A stretch of 62,259 nucleotides of DNA from a virus (taxonomy: Duplodnaviria > Caudoviricetes), in IMG/VR virus record IMGVR_UViG_3300025127_007337, positions 1 through 62,259 of that record, one strand, 5' to 3'. Below the pieces are notes generated by a model. It was not told where the DNA came from. It did no database searches and saw nothing but the letters and a program-made list of their open reading frames with translations. The position numbers and the translations under genes are program-made. Positions 7,716 through 14,980 of the stretch are shown here, in pieces (the first letter of the stretch is position 1; each line of letters begins with the position of its first letter).

Positions 7716-7769
7716 CGGTCATTTATTGACCGACTCGCTATTGCTACCCCCCTCCATCTATGATACAAT
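7716..7769 (+). promoter_or_regulatory. Palindrome copy 12 + sigma70-type promoter
   Basis: Perfect arms CGGTCA-TTTAT-TGACCG, 8-bp gap, TTGCTA (7741)-17 bp-TACAAT with extended TG. Confidence 0.85.
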
Positions 7770-7798
7770 AATAGTACATTCTAACAACGAGGTTTTTT

Positions 7799-8125
7799 AT
7801 GAATGACAATAACCCAATCTTTAACTCTGTCTCTGTGGCTCTTAGCCACTTCCGTGCTATCCCTGTCTTTGACATCAATGTTGACTGTCTCTCTGATGTT
7901 GTCGAGCATCACCGTTATGATGGTCACCCTGATGAGGAGTGTAACTATGAGTCCTGTATGAGAGGAGACTTGGAGTGCTTACTTGATACCGTCACAATGG
8001 TTCAAGAACGAGCCGAAGAACTCTCCATCCTAATGATGGAGTCTATGACGTGGGAAGCACGTTACCTAGCCGCTCATACTGAGTACCACGCACTCTTTGA
8101 GAAGTATGGTTCAAAGTCTAAGTAG
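7799..8125 (+). CDS. Acidic hypothetical protein
   Basis: GAGGT RBS; last gene before the terminator. Confidence 0.75.
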   Translation: MNDNNPIFNSVSVALSHFRAIPVFDINVDCLSDVVEHHRYDGHPDEECNYESCMRGDLECLLDTVTMVQERAEELSILMMESMTWEARYLAAHTEYHALFEKYGSKSK

Positions 8126-8151
8126 ACTTAACCTTTTAGTTTGTTCCCTCA

Positions 8152-8181
8152 AGACCGATGTTTATTCATCGGTTTTTTTTT
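8152..8181 (+). terminator. Intrinsic terminator closing the early array
   Basis: ACCGATG-TTTATT-CATCGGT followed by a T-run. Confidence 0.85.
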
Positions 8182-8342
8182 GTTCTGTTGTAGTCGCTGT
8201 TGTTGACCCCCTCCCCCTACCCATACCATCCAAATAAGTCCGACGGTAACGGCGTTTGCGAGCAGCTCGCGCTAGGTACATTATATACCCACAGCAAATT
8301 TCCGAGATTTAAGTCCAAGTCGATAAGTCATTATCCGATACT

Positions 8343-8492
8343 TTATTTATGAGTTGGAAACCTGCCTTGGTTTCCCATACCGTCATAATCAATCATATCA
8401 TGGTCTTGCACATACTCATTGATTCGTTTCTGGTGGTTTTTTGTTTCTTTCTTTATTATGAATCCAAACAATTTTTTTAGAAAATTAATCAT
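8343..8492 (-). CDS. 49-aa hypothetical protein
   Basis: Not in the track. AAGGAG RBS; MINFLKKLFG...DYDGMGNQGRFPTHK. Confidence 0.6.
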   Translation of the reverse strand: MINFLKKLFGFIIKKETKNHQKRINEYVQDHDMIDYDGMGNQGRFPTHK

Positions 8493-8532
8493 ACAATTTC
8501 TCCTTTATAATTTAAATATCACCCCATATTGT

Positions 8533-8763
8533 TCACAAGTCATCTTCGTATTCGTACCAAGAGATAGTTTTCCAGCTTCTTTCATCTGTGGACCGCTCGA
8601 CATAGTCTACAGCTGCTTTTAAACTAGTAAATTTTGTAAATATTCGTTCGCCATTTCCTAAGAATACAACAATAGAGTTTTGTGATCTAGCTATATGTGT
8701 TATGCGTTGTGGGTTTACAGCAACCGTTTCGCCAACTTGGTTTTGTATTGTAATAAATTTCAT
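8533..8763 (-). CDS. FlbD-like small beta protein
   Basis: MKFITI...VAVNPQRITHI...VFLGNGE pattern; GGGAGG RBS; has its own promoter. Confidence 0.65.
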   Translation of the reverse strand: MKFITIQNQVGETVAVNPQRITHIARSQNSIVVFLGNGERIFTKFTSLKAAVDYVERSTDERSWKTISWYEYEDDL

Positions 8764-8793
8764 GCAATCCTCCCAGATTTTATTAGTACTTAT

Positions 8794-8822
8794 AGTATAA
8801 CACGCTTTCTATATACTGTCAA
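8794..8822 (-). promoter_or_regulatory. sigma70 promoter (leftward)
   Basis: Reverse strand TTGACA-17 bp-TATACT with CGTGT extension. Confidence 0.8.
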
Positions 8823-8875
8823 GTCGATAGTCAAAAAAATTGCAAAAAAATTTTCCTAGATTTAACAATACAAAA

Positions 8876-8883
8876 ACTAATTA
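8876..8883 (+). promoter_or_regulatory. Putative late promoter motif ACTAATTA
   Basis: Same motif as before other presumed virion genes; 7 nt upstream of ATG 8891. Confidence 0.55.
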
Positions 8884-8890
8884 CAGCATT

Positions 8891-9799
8891 ATGAAACTTA
8901 CAAAAAATAAATTATATCAGCTCATACAAGAAGCCATGGAAGAAAAACAATACGGAAAAGATTTTCAAAGTTTTTTGCAAATTCCAATTAGAACTTACAT
9001 GGACGAAGAAGATATGCTTGATATTGGTTATCTAGAAATGCACGTTGGTCCTAAACTAGGTTCAGGCTATTCCCGAATGGTATTTGAAATAAACGATACT
9101 CAAGTTGCAAAAATCGCGTATCGTCATCCTGAAACATTAGAAATGAATTCTTTCAATGAAGGCTGTCAGTCAAACCGCATGGAGTACCTAAAGTTTAATA
9201 AATATCCTCACATATTTCCTAAGTCCTACGGTATATTTAAAGAAGATTCAGTCCTAGTTGTCGAAAAAGTAACAGTAATCGAAGAACAAGATCATATGGA
9301 TAGAGTTTTAAGAAATGCTTATCCATCTCTTGTCGAGGGCTCCCTATATCTTATAAACCAAGGGTATAGCCGCATTAATCCTTCTTGGGTTTTTGAAAGA
9401 ATTCTTGACACATGGGACGAAGTTATAGGAGATGCTTCTCCTGTGCGTCGTGATGAATTTGATGTTATGATGCAAACAAGAAGAACTACTGATATTAATT
9501 CTGAACAATTAGAAACCCTTTGGAATATAGTCACAAAAGACACCAAACTAATGAATTGGGTGTCAACTCTTAGACAAATGGGAGTTGAATTTGACGAACT
9601 TCGTGTTGGTAATGTTGGGACCAATTCTCAAGATAACAAACTAATTCTTATTGATATATCAAAATTTGATTTTAATTCTGGTACTGAGGTTGAGGAAAAA
9701 AAATCTTCCGTTAGTTCTTATGATCATCGTATAAAGAATATGGAAGTGGATCCTGAACTAGAAAGAGTACAACCATTTGTTTATAGGAGGAGAAACTAA
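8891..9799 (+). CDS. Protein-kinase-like fold protein with putative capsid-targeting leader
   Basis: LGSGYSRMVF (Gly loop), VAKIA (Lys), NRME (helix-C Glu), DELRVGNVG (catalytic loop), LILID; N-terminus MKLTKNKLYQLIQEA. Confidence 0.65.
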   Translation: MKLTKNKLYQLIQEAMEEKQYGKDFQSFLQIPIRTYMDEEDMLDIGYLEMHVGPKLGSGYSRMVFEINDTQVAKIAYRHPETLEMNSFNEGCQSNRMEYLKFNKYPHIFPKSYGIFKEDSVLVVEKVTVIEEQDHMDRVLRNAYPSLVEGSLYLINQGYSRINPSWVFERILDTWDEVIGDASPVRRDEFDVMMQTRRTTDINSEQLETLWNIVTKDTKLMNWVSTLRQMGVEFDELRVGNVGTNSQDNKLILIDISKFDFNSGTEVEEKKSSVSSYDHRIKNMEVDPELERVQPFVYRRRN

Positions 9800-9966
9800 T
9801 GTCTTATGACGTAAGATGGGAATCTATAAAAGCTTATAAAAGAATGATTGAGTATTTTAAGAAGCAAATTGCGAAACTAGAGAGACAAATTTTTACCGAG
9901 CGGTGCTGTCAACCTAAAGGAAGAATTTACCTACCAATCATTAACAAGCGAAGAATAACTAAATAA
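9799..9966 (+). CDS. 55-aa hypothetical protein
   Basis: Not in the track. AGGAGGAG RBS; TAATG coupling. Confidence 0.6.
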   Translation: MSYDVRWESIKAYKRMIEYFKKQIAKLERQIFTERCCQPKGRIYLPIINKRRITK

Positions 9967-10012
9967 AGCCTCTAATTACTATTGTAGTATGTTGACATAG
10001 GAAGGTGATTTT

Positions 10013-10570
10013 ATGCTGCTTAATTTGCTTTTATGGGGCTGCGATAGCCCAATACCAAGTGACACTTCAAAGCCAAAAGAGGAAATTGCTGAATCTCCCA
10101 TACATTGGACCGAGTGTTCGTATAACGGAGGAGATCATATTTGTGATGTTACTTTACCAACTGCTGATGGTGGATTTGATAACTTTTATTCTCATTATGG
10201 TGAAGTAATTGTTATTGATGTTTCTGCAATGTGGTGTGGTCCTTGTCAAGAAGCTGCTTGGAACTCTAACTCAATAAATGTTACTGCTGATGGTGTTACC
10301 TGGATCACTGTTTTGATTGAAAATCTTGATGGCGAAACTCCAACTGAAGAAGACGGACAGTTTTGGGGAGATTATTTTGGAATATGGCACAATGAAATTT
10401 GGCTTGGCTCTTCAGAAAACAGAGATTATGAAGGGATTACTGGTTTTGCTAATACTGGGTGGCCTTACTTTCTTATTCTTGACAAGGATCTTCGCATTCG
10501 TGTCGTCCAACAGGGATGGAATAAGGAACAAATTTTACAACACATTGCCGATTTGAAATCTGAGTTATAG
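10013..10570 (+). CDS. TlpA/redoxin-like thioredoxin-fold lipoprotein
   Basis: WCGPC active site; GWPYFLILD cis-Pro region; lipobox-like MLLNLLLWGC. Confidence 0.8.
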   Translation: MLLNLLLWGCDSPIPSDTSKPKEEIAESPIHWTECSYNGGDHICDVTLPTADGGFDNFYSHYGEVIVIDVSAMWCGPCQEAAWNSNSINVTADGVTWITVLIENLDGETPTEEDGQFWGDYFGIWHNEIWLGSSENRDYEGITGFANTGWPYFLILDKDLRIRVVQQGWNKEQILQHIADLKSEL

Positions 10571-10596
10571 TTATTGAAAAGGCGGAGGGTATATGT

Positions 10597-11577
10597 ATGC
10601 TTTTATTTTTAATCTCTTGTTTATCTGATCATTATTTAACAAACAAAGTTATAGAGGAACGAATCTTGTATGACACAGCTTACGTCGAAGTTATCGTAGA
10701 AGTTGAAAAAGAAGTAGAAGTAGAGGTTGAGGTAGAAGTCGAAGTTGAGGTAGAAGTTGAAGTACCAGAAAATTATCCGCTTTGGTCTCAAACTTACATC
10801 CAACCATCTCTTGGAAATGGTGTTGATATACTTTGGGTTGTTGATCCATCAGGATCGATGATGAATAACTGGGCTCAAGTTGTTCTTGGCGTTGAACAAA
10901 TGATGTTGGCTTTGCCAACAAATGTTAATTGGCGTTTAGAAATTATTCCAACAGATCAAGTTAGGGCTGTAAACTTACAATCTTTTCCTATACTCCCTGG
11001 TGATTCTTTACAAACAGCACAAGACCATTTACAGAATAATGTTCAAGGTCATTGGGAAAAAGGTATGGATGCTGTTAAGGCCTATATGACACAAAATTTA
11101 GATGCCTTACAATGGATGAGACCTAACGTTGCTCTTTTAATTATTTTTGTGTCTGATGAGAATGATTCATCAAGCCAGACTTCTTCTCAATTTATTCAAT
11201 GGGTACAATATCAAAGAACAGAAGTATATGTTACTTCAATTGTTAATGTAGATATAGCAAACTCTTTGTGTCCGAACTCTTATACTCATTTACACGTAGG
11301 TTCTGATTATATGGATGTTGCTAACTACTTTAGTGGTATAGTTATTGATATCTGTGAAACTGATTGGACCTCCGGTGTTACCCAAGCAGCTCAACAAGTC
11401 CACCTTATAGATGAAATACTATTGGATCATACACCAGTTGACATAGATCATATTGAAGTTTTAGTTGATAATGTTGTGTGGACTGACTGGTCATGGGATC
11501 AAGCAAATAATAAAATAATTTTTTCTCTTATGCCACCTGAAGGAAGTATCATAACTGTTTCTTATAACTATTTATAA
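10597..11577 (+). CDS. VWA-domain lipoprotein with (EV)n stalk
   Basis: VDILWVVDPSGSM (MIDAS DxSxS), IIFVSDEND, very short signal MLLFLISC. Confidence 0.8.
   Translation: MLLFLISCLSDHYLTNKVIEERILYDTAYVEVIVEVEKEVEVEVEVEVEVEVEVEVPENYPLWSQTYIQPSLGNGVDILWVVDPSGSMMNNWAQVVLGVEQMMLALPTNVNWRLEIIPTDQVRAVNLQSFPILPGDSLQTAQDHLQNNVQGHWEKGMDAVKAYMTQNLDALQWMRPNVALLIIFVSDENDSSSQTSSQFIQWVQYQRTEVYVTSIVNVDIANSLCPNSYTHLHVGSDYMDVANYFSGIVIDICETDWTSGVTQAAQQVHLIDEILLDHTPVDIDHIEVLVDNVVWTDWSWDQANNKIIFSLMPPEGSIITVSYNYL
10684..10764 (+). repeat. (Glu-Val)n coding hexamer repeat
   Basis: GARGTN tandem units encode EVEVEVEV... Confidence 0.9.
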
Positions 11578-11581
11578 CGTT

Positions 11582-12343
11582 ATGAAAATTAGAATAAAAA
11601 GAAATTCACAAAACTCTTCTGAATTAGAAGAAAAAAAGAAACGTAGAAAAAGACGCAACAAAGGTGGAAAGTGTCAAAAAGGATATAAGACCCACCCTAC
11701 AAGAAAAAAGAAAAAAATGTTTGGTAAACAATATCGCAATTGTGTTAAAGCTGAAGGTAAAATGTCTAAGTCTTATTGTGAAAACACACCATGCGATGAA
11801 ATGGGTTTTTCTCAAAGAGCATCTTGTGCAAAGTATAAAAAATGCCCTTCACCAAAAAAAAATGAACAGATACAAGAAAGAGAATTGACTCCTCCTGAAT
11901 ACGAAAAGAAAAAAGAAATAGTAAAGGCAATGAAAAAAGACAAGCCAGGTATGTCAGATAAAGATATTTATCCAATTGCTACAGCAACTGCTAAACGAGT
12001 GGCAGAAAGAAAAAAGCGAGATCCAAAAAAAGGAACTGGTAAAAAACCAAAAGGATCTGGTCGAAGATTGTATACAGATGAAGACCCAAGCGACACAGTA
12101 TCAGTTAGTTTTAAGTCTGTCTCTGCAATACAGAAAACATTATCTAAAAAAAGTTTTAAGTCTAAGAGTCACAAACGACAATCGCAAATAATTAATTTAA
12201 TACACCAAAGATCTAGAGCAGCATACAAAAATGCAAAAGATCCAAAAGTAAAAGCAAGATTAAAAAAGGCATTTGATTACGCTAAAAAACGTAAAGAAGC
12301 TTCAAAGAAAAAAACTATTCGAATGAGGAAAAATAAAAAATGA
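11582..12343 (+). CDS. Lys/Arg-rich modular protein, probably virion-internal
   Basis: Modules CQKGY..NCVK, Cys-rich GFSQRASC and KGTGKKPKGSGRRLYTDE; ACTATTTA 7 nt upstream. Confidence 0.75.
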   Translation: MKIRIKRNSQNSSELEEKKKRRKRRNKGGKCQKGYKTHPTRKKKKMFGKQYRNCVKAEGKMSKSYCENTPCDEMGFSQRASCAKYKKCPSPKKNEQIQERELTPPEYEKKKEIVKAMKKDKPGMSDKDIYPIATATAKRVAERKKRDPKKGTGKKPKGSGRRLYTDEDPSDTVSVSFKSVSAIQKTLSKKSFKSKSHKRQSQIINLIHQRSRAAYKNAKDPKVKARLKKAFDYAKKRKEASKKKTIRMRKNKK

Positions 12344-12927
12344 CAAAAGAAGAATTAGAAGAAAAAAAGAAACGTAGAAAAAAACGTAAAAAACGTAAAG
12401 TAAAAAAGAAAAAAGGTAAACGTGATGCTTGTTATCATAAAATAAAAAGAACAGCTAAAGTTTGGCCTTCAGCTTATGCATCCGGTAGACTTGTTCAGTG
12501 TAGAAAAGTTGGAGCTGCAAATTATGGCAATAAATCAAAAAAGAAAAACGAATCCTTGAATGAAGACTTTAAGCCTCATATGATGTATGATCCAAAAACT
12601 GGAAAATCAGAAAAAGCTAATGAAGAAGAAGATCATCACAGATTAGCTAAAAAAGGCTATACTCACATAGATCCTGAAGGAGTAAGAGATGTTATTGGTG
12701 ATGGTGAGGGTGGAGCTTCTGGACCTGATCCACTTTTGAAAAAGTTTGGTAAAGAAATGGAAGATGAAATTATGAAAACTTTGAAAGCCATGCCTGATAT
12801 TGGTCAGCACAAAGATGGTGATTATATCATGGATGATGATAAAGAAATACAAGTGCAAAAAGAAGAACAACTTCTCAAGAAAAAGATAAGAATTAGAATA
12901 AAAAAATCTAAGAGGAAGTCTACATGA
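12340..12927 (+). CDS. Lys-rich modular protein (DACYHK..VWPSAYASG.LV.CRK module)
   Basis: Module familiar from marine myoviruses (DUF5872-like); HMMYDPKTGK module. Confidence 0.75.
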   Translation: MTKEELEEKKKRRKKRKKRKVKKKKGKRDACYHKIKRTAKVWPSAYASGRLVQCRKVGAANYGNKSKKKNESLNEDFKPHMMYDPKTGKSEKANEEEDHHRLAKKGYTHIDPEGVRDVIGDGEGGASGPDPLLKKFGKEMEDEIMKTLKAMPDIGQHKDGDYIMDDDKEIQVQKEEQLLKKKIRIRIKKSKRKST

Positions 12928-13715
12928 CCAACACTGATCTAGAACCAGAGATTCTTGAAGAAAAAAAGAAACGCAAAAAGAAACGCAAAGGTGGCAAACG
13001 TGATGGTAAAGGTGCCAGCAGCAAAGGCTATTCTTTACGTGACTGGTTTAAAGGTGGTGGCTGGGTGCAAGCTGGTGGTAAGTATGATGGTAAGCCATGT
13101 GCGAAACAACCAGGTCAAAAAACAAAACCTTACTGTAGAGATCCTGATGATCGTGCCAAAATGAGTAAAAAAGAAAGAGACAAGAGAGCTCGAAAAAAGC
13201 GTAAGGAAGATCCGAATCCTGATAGAAGAGGTAAAGCAAAAAATGTTAGACAAAAGAAAAGAAAAACTAAAAAGAAAAACGAATCAATGGAGAATACAAT
13301 GGAAGCATTAAGATATTATGGAGATCCAACAATTCTAGAAACCTTTAGAGGTGCATCTTTAGATGATGGTACTTTGGTTTGTGAAGCTTGTTTGTTTGAA
13401 CAACTACAAGAAGCATCTTGTGGGTGCCCTGACTTGGTTATGGAAGCTGAATACAAAGGTAGAAAAGTAAAATTAAACAAACCAATGCGTGGAGATGTAA
13501 AGAAATTTAAAGTTTTTGTTAAAGACCCTAAGACTGGTAATATTAAAAAAGTTAATTTTGGTCATGGAGGTACTAGTGCTAAGAAAAAAGGTGAGAAAAC
13601 CATGAAGATTAAAAAATCTAATCCAAAACGTAGAAAATCTTTTAGAGCTAGACATAACTGCAAGAATCCAGGTCCTAAAACTAAAGCTAGATACTGGTCT
13701 TGTAAGAAATGGTAA
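12924..13715 (+). CDS. Lys-rich modular protein (AEYKGRKVKLNKP...RRKSFRARHNC..ARYWSC module)
   Basis: DUF6321-like C-terminal module plus LRDWFK..WV module. Confidence 0.78.
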   Translation: MTNTDLEPEILEEKKKRKKKRKGGKRDGKGASSKGYSLRDWFKGGGWVQAGGKYDGKPCAKQPGQKTKPYCRDPDDRAKMSKKERDKRARKKRKEDPNPDRRGKAKNVRQKKRKTKKKNESMENTMEALRYYGDPTILETFRGASLDDGTLVCEACLFEQLQEASCGCPDLVMEAEYKGRKVKLNKPMRGDVKKFKVFVKDPKTGNIKKVNFGHGGTSAKKKGEKTMKIKKSNPKRRKSFRARHNCKNPGPKTKARYWSCKKW

Positions 13716-13804
13716 TACATTTAATATATTCCAGCTGTATAATGTATTAATATATTATTATAAATAAAGAAAATATATAAAAGAAAAAAATTATATAAAA
13801 ACAT

Positions 13805-13833
13805 TTGACAAATCCTCCTTAAGATGTTATACT
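13805..13833 (+). promoter_or_regulatory. sigma70 promoter (rightward)
   Basis: TTGACA-17 bp-TATACT with extended TG. Confidence 0.75.
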
Positions 13834-13882
13834 GATTTTACAGTTACTAATTAAATTGATAATCCTCCCAGATTATATTAAT

Positions 13883-13911
13883 ATTATAACATAGGATAAA
13901 TATAATGTCAA
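13883..13911 (-). promoter_or_regulatory. sigma70 promoter (leftward, convergent)
   Basis: Reverse strand TTGACA-17 bp-TATAAT with extended TG; overlaps ATG 13905. Confidence 0.65.
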
Positions 13912-14975
13912 GTAATTCAGATAAAAAATTAAATATTTCTTTTGATTGGGATAATACTATCTCAATGTCTTACTTAGATGAAGATTCTAAAGATACAAAT
14001 TTTATTCATCAGGGGTATAATCAAGAATATATTGATAAAATGCTTAATTATATCAAAGAAGGACATCAAGTTTGGATAGTAACTTCAAGAGTTAGAGATC
14101 TAGAAGATGAATTTCCTGAAGAAAGAATAACTTATCACCTTAAGACACTTGGAATTATCAATTATTTTCCACCAGAACGTATAATTTACACTAATAGAGA
14201 ATTAAAAGCACCTACTTTATTACATTTAGGAATAGATTTACATCATGATGATGATGTTGAAGAGATAATTGCTTGTAAAGAAGCAGGAATCAAGTGTGTT
14301 AGAGCTTTAGAAATACATATAGACTCAGATATTGTTGCAAAAGGTGTCATAGCTGACTCTTCAGGTAAGATTTTATTGTTAAAACGTACTGATGGAGACA
14401 AAAAATGGGATTTACCTGGTGGTCATGTTAAAAATGTTGAAGTTGAGAGAGGGTATCAAGGTATAACTGATGGTTATGAACGAGAAGTAGCAGAAGAAAC
14501 AGGACTTTTAGTACCCAATGAGCAAGAAATATATCGTTTTGACAATTATTTTAAAGACAAGTACAGTGATGTCGTACTATTCTTCACTCAATTTCCAACT
14601 GAAGAGCCTCCAGTAGACTTAAAAATACAAGAAACTATAGAAAATTCTGAGGCTGTGTGGGTTTTAAAGCAAAATTTACCTGCATATCTTAATCATTCTA
14701 CCACAGTTTGTAAAGAAGCAGTAGAATATTGGTTATCTATAGATGATGAGATATTAAAAGAGGCTGCTTATCTAGCTTCACAGAACAAAAAATGGGCAAA
14801 AATGAAGAGAAGACTTGTTGGTTACGGTAAAAACAAGCATACTGGTGGTGGTAGAGGCCACAAAAGACCATCATTTAAGAAATCCAAGTCAGGACCGTCG
14901 GCTTTTTCTGTTTTAGAAGAAAAAACAGAAGAAAAAAAGTCAATAAAGGTAAAAATAGCTAAAAAAAAAGCCTAA
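13905..14975 (+). CDS. HAD-family phosphatase / Nudix hydrolase fusion with basic tail
   Basis: ISFDWDNT (HAD I), IVTSR, HHDD; WDLPGGHV...YEREVAEETGL (Nudix box). Confidence 0.85.
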   Translation: MSSNSDKKLNISFDWDNTISMSYLDEDSKDTNFIHQGYNQEYIDKMLNYIKEGHQVWIVTSRVRDLEDEFPEERITYHLKTLGIINYFPPERIIYTNRELKAPTLLHLGIDLHHDDDVEEIIACKEAGIKCVRALEIHIDSDIVAKGVIADSSGKILLLKRTDGDKKWDLPGGHVKNVEVERGYQGITDGYEREVAEETGLLVPNEQEIYRFDNYFKDKYSDVVLFFTQFPTEEPPVDLKIQETIENSEAVWVLKQNLPAYLNHSTTVCKEAVEYWLSIDDEILKEAAYLASQNKKWAKMKRRLVGYGKNKHTGGGRGHKRPSFKKSKSGPSAFSVLEEKTEEKKSIKVKIAKKKA

Positions 14976-14980
14976 AATCA

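Noticed and set aside
904-7732. Repeat array read as CRISPR
   Set aside because: The repeats are 17 bp and degenerate. The spacings are 240-1,240 bp and contain promoters and genes. No cas operon is present.
904-7732. Integron attC sites
   Set aside because: No RYYYAAC/GTTRRRY boxes, no long imperfect hairpins and no integrase. The units carry their own promoters.
10597-11577. VWA protein as the partner of the MoxR ATPase
   Set aside because: It appears to be an exported lipoprotein in a different transcriptional zone. Any cognate partner probably lies outside the window.
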